A stretch of 58,673 bases of DNA from Minisyncoccota bacterium (GCA_018062445.1 JAGOSG010000002.1:1-58673); one strand, 5' to 3'; numbered from the stretch's first letter, positions 1 through 10,855 are shown. Translations and numbers: made by a program. The notes: a model not told the origin generated them from the letters alone.

Positions 1-16
1 TCTCCTTTCCATCTCC

Positions 17-54
17 CCCTAAACGCTATCCACTAAACCCTAACCACTAACTAA
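17..54. repeat. Degenerate heptamer tandem tract (CNCTANN x5)
   Basis: ccctaaa cgctatc cactaaa ccctaac cactaac, overlapping the stop codon of the first CDS. Confidence 0.7.
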
Positions 55-2420
55 GGCGTTCTCCCTGCCGCAATCTCCTGTATATAGTATTCACCTTGAG
101 CTTTGAATGTAGCATCAATGGCAATCGCATCCTGGAGTGCCTGTATTGCATTTAATCTATCACCTGCCTGCATATACGCCGCTGCAAGCTGAACGCGCGC
201 CTTTACATCCTTTGGCGATTTATCAGCACGAGCTTTAGCTATCAAAAGGCCGTTTGTGTAATCTCGTACATCAAAATACGCTTGCAAAATAGTGTCGTCG
301 TCAGGCGTAGCAGTACCAAAACGCTCAATAAGAATCTCGCGAGCAAGAGTTAGATTGCCGCCCCGTATAAGAGCAGATGCATACAATGTTCGCGCAGAAT
401 CATACGCAGGCTCTAACTCATACGCCTGGCGGAATACATCTAACGCGGTATTCATATCTCCTCGAGATGTTTGCAAGCTTCCAAGCTGAAAGAGTATTTG
501 TTGTTTTTTTGGAGACAGTGTTAATGCGGTTGTAAGTTCTCGCAGTGCATCGTCACTCTTTCCTATCTGCTGAAAAAACGAACCAAGAAAAACACGCAGA
601 CGGGCATCGTTAGGGTTTAGCGCAATCTCATCTGACATCTTCTCTAATGCGTATGCTGTTGCACCCTCACGAAATGCAGTGTCTCCGATAGAAGAGTTCT
701 TTGCTTGAATAGCAAATTGAACAATTTGCTCACGCACTTCCTGCCTGCCTAGACCGGTAGTCTCTCCTGCACTCTTGAGGTACCGCACATTTTCAGAAAG
801 TCCTGCAGTGTGAGGCTTTAATGCTTCAATAAGATTCGATGCTGTCGCAAGCCCCGGAACATTGGCAAAATAAAATACAGCAACCATTCCCCCAACAATA
901 ACTGGGGCGCCGAATGCAAATAATCCTGACGGAACACTTGTACCCCACAAGGAATGTAGCGCGCCCATTGGTTGTCCTGCTGGTGTAACAGTATCCCCTA
1001 CATCTTCTCTACGGTGAGCAATGTACGCAAGAATTGTGAAGAAGAAAATATAACTGACGAGATTGTCGAATACAAATAAATCGTGAAAGGCATACGCGGC
1101 AAGAAGGCCGGTCAGCATTCCTCTCTCTACTATTTGAAAAGAAGATTTTGGTCGCCATAAATACCAGAGAGCAAGACCAAACAAAGAAATCCAGAGAGCA
1201 AAACCAAACACTCCACCAGCCACAAGCCAATCAAGATATTCATTGTGAGCACGGTCAAACCACGACTCCTGCGCATACATTGATGGAGCGTAATGTTTAT
1301 TAAAAATGTAGTTAAAATTTTCTTGCCCCCAGCCTAAAAGTGGCCTTTCAGCAACACCTTTGAAAGCCATGCCCCAAATAGAAAAGCGAGCGGCGCCATC
1401 AGAAAGAGAGATGTTGGCAATGCGAGAAAGTATCCCGTGATTTTGTACAAACGAAGTATCACGAACGACATACAAACCACCCACAACTACTGCCAGAGCA
1501 ATGAGAATCGCAATACCTGCCTTTTTTAATTTCGGCGCTGTTTTTCCAAAGAAAATAAAAATGGCTGAAGCAACAAGAATTCCTCCAATGAGCCCGAGAA
1601 TGGTTCCTCGAGTTGCTGCGTAGAAAATCATGGTGAACTGCAGTGCAATTGCGAGACCGTAGAGCCATTGTCGTTTAACGAACAAGCTACCAATACCAAG
1701 AGTGAAAAATAGTATAAAAATAAACCATCCTAAAGGCGGTAACGAGGTGTCTGGAGGCAAACTCGCAATTAGCCATAGTGTCGCACCGATGATGCCAAAA
1801 ACACCAACAACTTTTTCTCCCGTTCTGAAGTATTCATGTCGGTGATGAAGGAAAAGCAATCCTGCAATAAAAAGATTAAAAAGCATGTACACAGCCAGAT
1901 ACGTTGCGTTGCCAAATGTCCCATCAACACGCGAACCTCCTTGATTGATGGTAAATACACCAGCAAGCTGAAGCACACCATAGACCCCCACGGCAATAGA
2001 AACTGCGAGACTCGTTTCAAAAAGCATCTTCCACCATTTCGCTTCGCGGAGTGTTGACCACACAACGACAAAAAATGCGTAGAGGTGGATTAAACCAATC
2101 CATCCTTCCATGCGTTCAAAGTTTGACCAGAAGCTCTTGAATGGGTTTGCACCAAATATGTCAGCAATACCTATAACTGCAACAAAGGCAGTGAGCGCAA
2201 AAAACAAGAGGGACGCACGGGGTCGAACTTTAGGATCGCGGAGCGCAAGAATAAGCCAAAGCGTAAAGACAATTTCCACCAAAATGCGGAAGGCAAAATT
2301 CTTACCCGTAATAAAGGGGAAAAACAGTGGGGTCGCCACAATGGTAGGAGTAAAGAATACCGCAAGAACCCCAATGACTATCCCCCATCGCAACCATGAG
2401 TCTAATTTCATGCTGATCAC
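51..2420 (-). CDS. O-antigen ligase/Wzy_C-family membrane protein with C-terminal TPR repeats
   Basis: About 12 TM segments, periplasmic loop with RPLLGWGQENF and FDRAHNEYLD motifs, C-terminal TPR-like helices; start may be 2411. Confidence 0.8.
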   Translation of the reverse strand: MISMKLDSWLRWGIVIGVLAVFFTPTIVATPLFFPFITGKNFAFRILVEIVFTLWLILALRDPKVRPRASLLFFALTAFVAVIGIADIFGANPFKSFWSNFERMEGWIGLIHLYAFFVVVWSTLREAKWWKMLFETSLAVSIAVGVYGVLQLAGVFTINQGGSRVDGTFGNATYLAVYMLFNLFIAGLLFLHHRHEYFRTGEKVVGVFGIIGATLWLIASLPPDTSLPPLGWFIFILFFTLGIGSLFVKRQWLYGLAIALQFTMIFYAATRGTILGLIGGILVASAIFIFFGKTAPKLKKAGIAILIALAVVVGGLYVVRDTSFVQNHGILSRIANISLSDGAARFSIWGMAFKGVAERPLLGWGQENFNYIFNKHYAPSMYAQESWFDRAHNEYLDWLVAGGVFGFALWISLFGLALWYLWRPKSSFQIVERGMLTGLLAAYAFHDLFVFDNLVSYIFFFTILAYIAHRREDVGDTVTPAGQPMGALHSLWGTSVPSGLFAFGAPVIVGGMVAVFYFANVPGLATASNLIEALKPHTAGLSENVRYLKSAGETTGLGRQEVREQIVQFAIQAKNSSIGDTAFREGATAYALEKMSDEIALNPNDARLRVFLGSFFQQIGKSDDALRELTTALTLSPKKQQILFQLGSLQTSRGDMNTALDVFRQAYELEPAYDSARTLYASALIRGGNLTLAREILIERFGTATPDDDTILQAYFDVRDYTNGLLIAKARADKSPKDVKARVQLAAAYMQAGDRLNAIQALQDAIAIDATFKAQGEYYIQEIAAGRTP

Positions 2421-2474
2421 TATACCATTCGGTCACAAATCCTTACACCTTTCCACGTCAGTCAACGATTAATA

Positions 2475-3170
2475 CTACAACGTATGAATTTTAAAAATTA
2501 GAGTTCTAGCCACTACTGCCTCAAGAGAGTATCCTTTTGCATGCATGAAAATAAACACTTCACTTTTATTGAATTCTTCGACACGGAGCGAATTATCCTC
2601 AACAATAACTACGGTAGGTAGAATCGACCAGTCATGTGATCTCAGGACCTGCAAATCCATACCTTCAACATCAATAGTTAGCAAATCTATTTTCTTTATC
2701 TGGTAATCGTTCACTATCTTCGATAAAGGAATAATGGGAACAATACTTTTACCCATAAAAACCGGGTATTGCCTCTGTTTTGTTACTTCAGCTTCTGTGG
2801 CATCAAAAGTATTATATGCACCGTCAGTAAATCGATAGTACTCGGCGTCTTCCTCTGACTGTTCCCCAACACCGACATTAATAAACCGATCATGGCGCCG
2901 AAAATACCAATAGAGTAGTTTGAGATTCGAATTTGGATCAATCACAAACCCTCTCCAGCCTCTCCTATACAGTGCATAGGTATTAGAGTACTGAATTGGA
3001 TGATAAGAACCCACGTCTACATATATTCCCTTATTACCAACTTCAGAAAGGAGACCGCGCATAAGGACATCTTCGCCCTCTTGACTATACGACTTAAACA
3101 CTCCCTTTCCGAGCCATAGCTTCAACTGAGCCCTGAGAATCTGATATACGCTATTCATATTAAGAGTCAC
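2475..3170 (-). CDS. FkbM-family methyltransferase
   Basis: SYSQEGED, YVDVGSYHP, LLTIDVEGMDLQVL motifs. Confidence 0.85.
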   Translation of the reverse strand: MTLNMNSVYQILRAQLKLWLGKGVFKSYSQEGEDVLMRGLLSEVGNKGIYVDVGSYHPIQYSNTYALYRRGWRGFVIDPNSNLKLLYWYFRRHDRFINVGVGEQSEEDAEYYRFTDGAYNTFDATEAEVTKQRQYPVFMGKSIVPIIPLSKIVNDYQIKKIDLLTIDVEGMDLQVLRSHDWSILPTVVIVEDNSLRVEEFNKSEVFIFMHAKGYSLEAVVARTLIFKIHTL

Positions 3171-3237
3171 TTTAGTGGGCTGTGTAAGGTTATCAATACT
3201 ACACTGCCTGCAATCAAATGATACTCTACTAAATACA

Positions 3238-4548
3238 ATGCTTGAAGAAATTAAGACACGCAGTGTGTCACTACTTCGTTGGTCAGAACGCTACACAAAG
3301 ACCGATATGGTCTATTTGGCTGGAAATGGCTTTTGGCTTGCTCTCGGGCAAGTAGGAATCGGCATCACCGCACTCCTTATCTCTATCGCATTTGCACGTT
3401 TTATACCAAAGGAGGTATATGGTAACTACCGATTTCTTTTATCGATATTTTGGACACTCACCGCCTTCTCATTCACTGGCATTTCCACAGTGCTTGCACG
3501 AGCAATAGCGCGTGGCGAAGGTCACGCATATCAAAAATCATTGCGACTGAGTCTCATTTGGAGCATGCCCATGGTGCTCATTGGACTTAGCATGAGTAGT
3601 TACTATTTTTTAAACGGAAATGCGATGCTCGCACTGGGCTCCCTCGTAATCGCCCTTATTGGACCATTTATGCAAACTGCCTACTTGTATGGATCATTTC
3701 TTGAAGGCAAGCAAGCGTTTCGCGACAATGCAATCTCAGGAATCACCCTCAATGCGATTCCTGCACTTGCACTCATTGCAAGCATGTTTATGGTGCACGA
3801 CCCTGTCATATTTTTATTAATATATCTAAGCACAAGCGCACTCACAGGGTTCGTAATCTCATTTATCGTAGTACGAAAACACCATTCGAACCCCAATATA
3901 CATACCGCCATAGAATCAAAAGAGTTCGGCATTTTGTCCGCACATTTTAGTGTAATGAATATTTTGAATACAGTGTCACAGCAAGTAGACCGTATTCTTG
4001 TTTTCCATTATCTCGGCGCAGTTCAACTTGCTATATATGCATTTGCTACCGCAATACCTGAACAAATAAAGACTCTTTTTAACAGCGTTGCGACACTTGC
4101 ACTTCCGCGCTTTGTGAAGCGCCCGCTTGAAGAAACAAAAAAAACCCTTATCTATCGACTTTTAGGTTTTTCAGCACTAGCGATTATAGTCATTGGATTC
4201 TATATACTAGTAGCCCCTCTAATATTCTCAGTACTCTTTCCCGCATACCACGAAGCAGTGTTTTATAGCATTCTATATGCAATAAGCCTCGTTGCGGCAA
4301 GTGGAGTCGTACCAGTGGCGCTCCTTGAAGCACATGCAGCAAAACGCGAACTATATATCTACAATACTGTCGGCCCCGTGTTTCAAATTGCGGTGTTATT
4401 TGCGTTTGTGTCCACAATGGGGCTTCTAGGTGCAGTTATTGCTCGCATACTAGGTCGATTCTTTTTTCTCATTCTTGGGGTAGTGCTCACATTCATATAC
4501 GCAGCACGCGTACAAAAAATGAATTCTTCACTTCAAATACCCCTCTAG
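3238..4548 (+). CDS. Oligosaccharide flippase (Wzx/MOP family)
   Basis: 12-14 TM segments, DRILVFHYLGAVQLAIYAFA motif; ATG at 3238 chosen over the upstream in-frame start. Confidence 0.85.
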   Translation: MLEEIKTRSVSLLRWSERYTKTDMVYLAGNGFWLALGQVGIGITALLISIAFARFIPKEVYGNYRFLLSIFWTLTAFSFTGISTVLARAIARGEGHAYQKSLRLSLIWSMPMVLIGLSMSSYYFLNGNAMLALGSLVIALIGPFMQTAYLYGSFLEGKQAFRDNAISGITLNAIPALALIASMFMVHDPVIFLLIYLSTSALTGFVISFIVVRKHHSNPNIHTAIESKEFGILSAHFSVMNILNTVSQQVDRILVFHYLGAVQLAIYAFATAIPEQIKTLFNSVATLALPRFVKRPLEETKKTLIYRLLGFSALAIIVIGFYILVAPLIFSVLFPAYHEAVFYSILYAISLVAASGVVPVALLEAHAAKRELYIYNTVGPVFQIAVLFAFVSTMGLLGAVIARILGRFFFLILGVVLTFIYAARVQKMNSSLQIPL

Positions 4549-5180
4549 CCATTCTTCCGACAAGCAATATAAATACCAGACGAGAGAAGCGACGAAACTA
4601 TGGAGGTGCGACGTATATCACCATAGCGACGTATTGTGAGAAAATCGAGCTTATTGAAAAGCAATACGAAAAGCCATAATATTCCTTTCGTGATTTTTCC
4701 ACCACGCAGTTCACTCTGAAATATAATCCGCTGAAGAAGAACTGCGATGGTCGAGAATGAATCTGCTTCGCACTCCTCATCGAAGATCTCCCAGTTCGCA
4801 AAAAGAAGCCGGAGACCATACGGCGTAAATCGAAAGTAATCTCCGGGTGCGTCATGTACTGGAAAAAGGAAACGTGTAGTGAGAATAATAATGCCTCCAG
4901 ACACAAGAACGCGATGCATCTCGCTTACAGCTTTTCTTGGATCCTCTAAATGCTCAAAGACTTCTGAACACACCACAACCTCGAAACTTGCATCTGGGAA
5001 TGGAAGATTATGTGCATCACCTACAATATCTGGCTTCCGCGCTGGATCAATGTCGAGTGCAATCGCATTCGGAAACATTGAAGCATGATCACCTGACGCA
5101 GCGCCGATATCGAGCACCCTTTTATCGCTCGCATGCTTTGCAAGAAAACTATTTATCTTTCCGCGAGTAAGTTTTTTCAT
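4545..5180 (-). CDS. Class I SAM-dependent methyltransferase (type 11)
   Basis: VLDIGAASG, GDAHNLPFPDASFEVV, EVFEHL, HDAPGDYFRFT; start MKKLTR. Confidence 0.8.
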   Translation of the reverse strand: MKKLTRGKINSFLAKHASDKRVLDIGAASGDHASMFPNAIALDIDPARKPDIVGDAHNLPFPDASFEVVVCSEVFEHLEDPRKAVSEMHRVLVSGGIIILTTRFLFPVHDAPGDYFRFTPYGLRLLFANWEIFDEECEADSFSTIAVLLQRIIFQSELRGGKITKGILWLFVLLFNKLDFLTIRRYGDIRRTSIVSSLLSSGIYIACRKNG

Positions 5181-5205
5181 GAACAGAGCAATGCAGAGAA
5201 AATAA

Positions 5206-5703
5206 TCACTGTTTACAGGTGCATTGAAGATGGTGCTCAACCAACGATATACAGCGTGCTGGAGATCCTGCAACTACTGTATAAGGCAACACATCATGAG
5301 TCACAACTGAACCCATACCGATAATTGCACCTTCTCCGACCGTAACACCTGGGCGAATCCGGGCACCTGCACCAACCCACACATAATCTTTTAATTCTAT
5401 TTGTGCGGAAAAATGTGGCCACCCTTCTTTCTTATAATCGAGTCCTGATGTCGCAAGAATGACTTGTCCTCCAATATGCACATGATTTCCTAATATCAGT
5501 GGTCCGCTCCCGACAACAAGCACCCCTTCATTGATGCGACAATTATGTCCAACAGTAATCAGTTCGGGTGTACGGACAGAGATACGACCATAAACACATA
5601 AACCCGGTCCACATTCCTTAAATAAGAGGTGCCAAAATTTACTTCTCATAGAAAAAAGAAGCTTACTTTTGAGTGCGGAGAATTTTCGAATGAGCGATTT
5701 CAT
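5206..5703 (-). CDS. Hexapeptide-repeat sugar O-acyltransferase
   Basis: Left-handed beta-helix repeats, VWVGAGARIRPGVTVGEGAIIGMGSVVTHDV. Confidence 0.85.
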   Translation of the reverse strand: MKSLIRKFSALKSKLLFSMRSKFWHLLFKECGPGLCVYGRISVRTPELITVGHNCRINEGVLVVGSGPLILGNHVHIGGQVILATSGLDYKKEGWPHFSAQIELKDYVWVGAGARIRPGVTVGEGAIIGMGSVVTHDVLPYTVVAGSPARCISLVEHHLQCTCKQ

Positions 5704-5797
5704 GGATATGTAAATAAATATTACAACGACCGTAGAAGTTTACAGGAAAATTAACCCCTACGTGAAGTAGTGCGGCAATCAATGTACCTGCCAGGCT

Positions 5798-6913
5798 TCA
5801 AATACTACATAATATACTCTGTATACGCACCGCCCGCGTCTTCCAAGTGTATTCCTTAACACGTTCATATGCCTTATTCACTCTTAGCCTTGCATCCTCT
5901 TTGCTACTGAGAGCTTCTTGTATGCCACGAGCAAGTGCCTCAGCACTATCAGGCTCCACAAAATATGCACTATCATCATTCAGAATTTCACGCAGTGCAG
6001 GCAAATCAGGCAACACGATCGGTTTTTTTGATGCCATATACGCAAAGAGCTTCAGAGGCGATGTAAAGTGCGCCGATTCAGCATTCTTGGCAGTGTTAGA
6101 AAGCACTAGCACATCTGCACTAGCAAGATTGCGTGCAAGTTCTTTCGATTCTCTAAACCCCAAGAACAGCACCTTAGAGTAGCGCTTTGATAGCCCCGCA
6201 ATCAGCACTTCATCTTCTCCACCAATAACCGCAAGTATTGTATCTACAGGTAAAAAATCTGATGCGGACAAAAGAGTATTCGCTCCCTTCCATCCGTTTA
6301 ACATTCCTACATACAGTGCAACTTTTTTATCTTGCGGTATTCCAAGTTCACTTCGAACATCTTCTTTTGAATACACTTCTTCATACGCTGACAAATCAAT
6401 TCCATTTGGAACAACAAATATTTTTTCTGAACTCACTCCTTTTGCAATATAAAATTCTTTCAAACCTTTTGAAACAACAACGATTTTCCATGCATGCTTT
6501 ACCGCTACCTGTGCCCACACATTCCATGCACCACTATGGGATTCCCATATAACATTGCGAAAACCCAACAAAACTAAGAGAGCGACAATAATCTCATCTC
6601 GGCAATACACAAATGATTCTGTATTGTTTCGTGGTAATCGCATTGAAACACCGAGTGTAAAAGAGAGGGTTTGTATAAAGAATCCTATAGGTCCTAGTAC
6701 ATCCCATTCCAATGTAAAAATTCTCTTTAAAGGAAACCTGATTTTTATGTCGTAGTAAGAAAATGGCGGTTCGGTAATAAAAAGTTTTTTCCGTGGAGTC
6801 CACAATTCAAGAGATACTCCAGCAAGCACCAATGCCTCGCAGGTTTTCATTATCTGTAACCCGTGCGCCCAATCAGTAGGGATGCGAGCGTTAGTAACGT
6901 AGATGACTTTCAT
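5798..6913 (-). CDS. Glycosyltransferase family 4
   Basis: GT-B fold, SPLKLFAYMASKKPIV motif. Confidence 0.9.
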   Translation of the reverse strand: MKVIYVTNARIPTDWAHGLQIMKTCEALVLAGVSLELWTPRKKLFITEPPFSYYDIKIRFPLKRIFTLEWDVLGPIGFFIQTLSFTLGVSMRLPRNNTESFVYCRDEIIVALLVLLGFRNVIWESHSGAWNVWAQVAVKHAWKIVVVSKGLKEFYIAKGVSSEKIFVVPNGIDLSAYEEVYSKEDVRSELGIPQDKKVALYVGMLNGWKGANTLLSASDFLPVDTILAVIGGEDEVLIAGLSKRYSKVLFLGFRESKELARNLASADVLVLSNTAKNAESAHFTSPLKLFAYMASKKPIVLPDLPALREILNDDSAYFVEPDSAEALARGIQEALSSKEDARLRVNKAYERVKEYTWKTRAVRIQSILCSI

Positions 6914-6963
6914 AGTGGGTATGAGATGCCAAGTAGACTCAAATCTCTAAAGCAATAAATGCA

Positions 6964-7782
6964 TTATCGTGTATAGTGACGCTCAACTGCGTCTAGTCCA
7001 CGCTCCTCCTCTTTTGTATTCATCGGCTCTGTCTTATGAATGAACCCTCGCTCCCCTTCTAAACAATAGGTACTCATTCGATAGTACTGGGAGAGAGATT
7101 TTATGTGAGGAAGAAGACCTTTTTTCTCAATTACCTCTCTCACCGCTCGGTCACTTTCGTTCCAGTCTGAGAGTTCTCCAAAATCTGCCGGTGAATCGAA
7201 CTTTCCTATGCGTGTGAGAGTTGTTTTATATAAATCAAAGCTACCACCGATTCTATCCATTGCTTCACGCGTAAAAAATTCAAACGAACCTCTAGCAAAG
7301 AAAGGTTTTGGCAAGTGAAGCCATTGTCGTAAACGCCTTTGCGAATGCCCCGTTGAATTGGTAAGGATGAGCCAATCATCTTGAGGCAGTAAATCTTCAA
7401 ACATTCTGTCGGTCAAAATAAAATTATCGTCGTGCGTGTACAGTAGTTTGTCGTACTGCTTATAGTCGTGCTTTTCAAGCCATTGATTTGTGATACCCCA
7501 ATCGCCCATGGTGTTTGGTTCCAATGAATATTTAAAACCAAGTGCTTCAATGGCCTCAACCGAGGATTCTTCCGCATACAAAAGACGATCGTACAAAGCA
7601 CGACGATCATACCCAAGTCCTCTCAAAACTTCTTTCTTCTCAGGTGTCGAGTAAGAAGGATCCCGGTGAGCAACACAAAAAAGATCCACTTCCCATCCTT
7701 CAGGAATCTTTTGCTCAGCAATCTGCTTATAAAACAGATACGGGAAGTGCCATCCACCAGCGACAACAGCGAGCTTTTTCAT
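6964..7782 (-). CDS. Uncharacterised protein, probable GT-A-like glycosyltransferase
   Basis: Long ORF inside the glycan operon; N-terminal beta strand and LLYTHDDNFIL (DxD-like) motif. Confidence 0.5.
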   Translation of the reverse strand: MKKLAVVAGGWHFPYLFYKQIAEQKIPEGWEVDLFCVAHRDPSYSTPEKKEVLRGLGYDRRALYDRLLYAEESSVEAIEALGFKYSLEPNTMGDWGITNQWLEKHDYKQYDKLLYTHDDNFILTDRMFEDLLPQDDWLILTNSTGHSQRRLRQWLHLPKPFFARGSFEFFTREAMDRIGGSFDLYKTTLTRIGKFDSPADFGELSDWNESDRAVREVIEKKGLLPHIKSLSQYYRMSTYCLEGERGFIHKTEPMNTKEEERGLDAVERHYTR

Positions 7783-8447
7783 ACCTTTTCTATTACTGAT
7801 AATGATGGGAATTTCTCATTTGCTACACGATACGGCACGCCGGATTCCTCTATTTTCTCTAAGTCATGGTTCGTCATGAAAGATAAGTTGTCCCGCTCAT
7901 GACTTCCACCTTCAAAGTACACAACAGCCCCTTGGTCGATGGAAGACTTCACCGCATCATATAGAATTTTTATCTTTGCACCGGTGTTATTGATATCAAA
8001 GTGCATCATATCGAACGACTCTGGCGACTTGACCCAGTCTGCAAAATTCTTTTTCTTAAGCGAGACGTATTTTGAAACGCCATATTTTTCAATGTTCTTC
8101 ATTAGATGCCCTTTCGTAATCATGCTACGGCTCGGGTGAAGCCACATAGGGAAATCCATTCGGATCGCCTCAAGATAATACTGTAAGTTTTTTTTCTTAA
8201 GTACCTCTTGGTTTGTGTGTTTATGTGCGGAATGCGTGTATATATACGACTCAAACAAATCATAGACATATATTTTTCCTTCCCCGATTTCATCGAGTGC
8301 CATAGCCATGGCCACGGTGGAATACCCATAGAGAGAGCCAAATTCTACTATCTTCTTCGGTTTATATTTCAATACCGCATCGTATAGAGTTCTGCCCAAA
8401 TCATTGGCCCTGTAAGACGAATCGAGGTCGGGATTCTTATACTGCAT
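7779..8447 (-). CDS. Class I SAM-dependent methyltransferase (Methyltransf_24-like)
   Basis: IVEFGSLYGYSTVAMA, YVYDLFE, FDMMHFDIN. Confidence 0.7.
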   Translation of the reverse strand: MQYKNPDLDSSYRANDLGRTLYDAVLKYKPKKIVEFGSLYGYSTVAMAMALDEIGEGKIYVYDLFESYIYTHSAHKHTNQEVLKKKNLQYYLEAIRMDFPMWLHPSRSMITKGHLMKNIEKYGVSKYVSLKKKNFADWVKSPESFDMMHFDINNTGAKIKILYDAVKSSIDQGAVVYFEGGSHERDNLSFMTNHDLEKIEESGVPYRVANEKFPSLSVIEKV

Positions 8448-8473
8448 ACTAGGTACTATAACAAATGCATGCG

Positions 8474-9526
8474 TTACACCTTCGTATTGAACTCTCGGAT
8501 GAGTGAGCAGATAACGCCAACATCTTTTACTGATACCCCGTGGTGCAGTGGCAAGAGAAGATATTGATTTTCAAGTGCGTCCATTGTAGAAAGTTTTTGT
8601 TTGCCTCCAAAAATCGTGTATTTATCATTACGGTAGTGGTAATCACCCGTATGAACCCCTCTCTTCTTCATGAATTGTATTAGATTCGCTCGGTCAGGTG
8701 AGAGCGTATGAGCAAACCATATTGATGACGACACTCCGTTTTTCACATACTCCGCACATAGTTTTTTACGGTGAGAAATTATTGCATCTATGGCGTTGAG
8801 GTTTCCTCTTCCTATAGACGCAGTAATATCATTCATATGATATTTATAACCAGGCTCAACGATATCGGTATCTCCTAATTGTTGTTTGAGCTCCCTATCA
8901 TATCCAAACCAACGCAACCGTTTTGCTTTTTCATGAAGACTCTTATCTTTGGTAATCAAAAAACCACCATCACCAGAAGTAAGGGTTTTTATAGACTGCA
9001 ACGATACGCAGGTGAAATCAGCCTTGCCCCAAAAATCTGAGCCAATCGCTTGGGCAGCATCTTCTATCAAAATAATGTTTTTCTCTTTAGCAATCTGCAG
9101 AAGCTCCTTCAGTCCCCTATTGTTACCACCGAAGTGCACAAATAGTATAGCCTTAGTCTGCGGTGTTATTTTATTCTTAACATCTTCCACCGAAACATTA
9201 AGGTCCGTGTCTATATCAGCAAAAACTATACTAGCCTTTCTGTGGAGCGCAGGAAGCCCCGTTGCTGGGTGGGTCAATACAGGAATGATAACCTCATCTC
9301 CTTCACCAATGCCGGCAAGTTCATACGCTAACTCAAGCGCTACAGTACCGGAATTGACCGATGCGACGTATTCGAATCCAAATTTTTCTGCAAATTCTTT
9401 TTCGAATGCTTTTACTTCAGGTCCCTCACCGAGGTAGGTTCCATAATTAGATTTGAACAATAAAAAGCATACGTTCCAAATTGAGCGCAACGATATGTAC
9501 GATTTAAATAAAGGTATTTTTTTCAT
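8474..9526 (-). CDS. DegT/DnrJ/EryC1/StrS PLP-dependent sugar aminotransferase
   Basis: VNSGTVALELA, IEDAAQA, SLQSIKTLTSGDGG (PLP lysine), GYKYHMNDITA. Confidence 0.9.
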   Translation of the reverse strand: MKKIPLFKSYISLRSIWNVCFLLFKSNYGTYLGEGPEVKAFEKEFAEKFGFEYVASVNSGTVALELAYELAGIGEGDEVIIPVLTHPATGLPALHRKASIVFADIDTDLNVSVEDVKNKITPQTKAILFVHFGGNNRGLKELLQIAKEKNIILIEDAAQAIGSDFWGKADFTCVSLQSIKTLTSGDGGFLITKDKSLHEKAKRLRWFGYDRELKQQLGDTDIVEPGYKYHMNDITASIGRGNLNAIDAIISHRKKLCAEYVKNGVSSSIWFAHTLSPDRANLIQFMKKRGVHTGDYHYRNDKYTIFGGKQKLSTMDALENQYLLLPLHHGVSVKDVGVICSLIREFNTKV

Positions 9527-9552
9527 CTAAAAAGTGAGTACACCTTACACCG

Positions 9553-10818
9553 TTACTCAATGATTCTAAATTCTGGAAGTGGAACAATAAATTTAGACTT
9601 TAGACCTTTTGCACGCCAATTTTTTATAATAAAATCAGCGAAATGCCAGGCTAAAATAAGAACGTACTCAGGTTTCTCCTTTAGCAAAATCTCATTACTC
9701 ACAATCGGATTGTAAGTTCCGGCCATGTATTTGCCGACCTTTTCAGTGCCTGGCAGTTGTGCAATATAGGGCACCAGCGATGTATTGAGACCATAGTAAT
9801 TCATGACTACCACACCTCTCGTTGGACATGAATCTGCAACAAGTTTAAGACCTTTCTTTTGCACTGTATATGCCAGCTCGAGAAATTGCTCCCTGCTTTT
9901 TTCTACGCGTGATCTGAATTTTGACCACGCTGTCGGCGTAAACAATCCAGCTTTTTCTTCTGCTTGAAGTAACTTTTTAACCTCCGCACTAATCGGATGC
10001 TGTCCCTTCCATCCTGCGTAGATTCTAATACTTCCTTCGCGAGTCTTCACCCGACTCGCATCAAACACTTCCATCCCGTAATACGGAAAAAGCTTCACTA
10101 ACGATTTAAGACTGTAGATGCGAACGTGCTCGTGGTATATCTGATCAAATTGATTACCTTCAAAAACATCGAGTAGGTACTGACTTTCAGACACCACAAC
10201 ACCCTGTTTGTCCAAAAGATTTTTTAATCCACGCATGACCTCACCTAAACTAGAAACATGCGCAAATACATTAGTAAACGTGATTACTTTTGCGCGTCCG
10301 TATTTCTTTACGATATCTTTGGCAACTGACTGATTAAAAAAGGCTTGAATCGTATTAATCTTATTTTCCTTACGGGCCGTCTTTGCCATGTTTGTCGGCT
10401 CCACACCTAAGGTGTGCATGCCTTGATCACGAAAAGAACTAAGTAGTGTGCCGTCATTAGACCCAACATCAATACAAAATGATTTTTTGGGTAGCTGAAG
10501 TTTCTCTGTTATTTCTTCAGTGAGCAATTTAAGATGTTGTCGTAGTGGCTCGGATATACCGGTTCGATATACATAGTTGGTATCGGAAAAAAGGACGTTA
10601 CTATCAACAACATAATCCAACTGTCCGAGTCCTGATTCTGGACATATCATTAAACGCAACGGGTAACGAGTCTCCGGCTGATTAAGACCCTCCCTCGTGA
10701 GTAGTGCCCCAGCAGATGGTTGAAAGCCGAGATCAATGGCTTCAAAAAGATTCTTTGACCCGGTAATCTGACAACGATCTAATGTGCCAGGTTTCACGTC
10801 TTGATTGGGGATTTTCAT
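9553..10818 (-). CDS. NDP-hexose C-methyltransferase (Methyltransf_13/23/14 architecture)
   Basis: CIDVGSNDGTLL, GVEPT, NVFAH, QIYHEH, C-terminal PEYVLILAWHFADFI; start MKIPNQ. Confidence 0.85.
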   Translation of the reverse strand: MKIPNQDVKPGTLDRCQITGSKNLFEAIDLGFQPSAGALLTREGLNQPETRYPLRLMICPESGLGQLDYVVDSNVLFSDTNYVYRTGISEPLRQHLKLLTEEITEKLQLPKKSFCIDVGSNDGTLLSSFRDQGMHTLGVEPTNMAKTARKENKINTIQAFFNQSVAKDIVKKYGRAKVITFTNVFAHVSSLGEVMRGLKNLLDKQGVVVSESQYLLDVFEGNQFDQIYHEHVRIYSLKSLVKLFPYYGMEVFDASRVKTREGSIRIYAGWKGQHPISAEVKKLLQAEEKAGLFTPTAWSKFRSRVEKSREQFLELAYTVQKKGLKLVADSCPTRGVVVMNYYGLNTSLVPYIAQLPGTEKVGKYMAGTYNPIVSNEILLKEKPEYVLILAWHFADFIIKNWRAKGLKSKFIVPLPEFRIIE

Positions 10819-10855
10819 ATAGAAAGAGTATGGTACTACGAGCTTTATATAGGCA

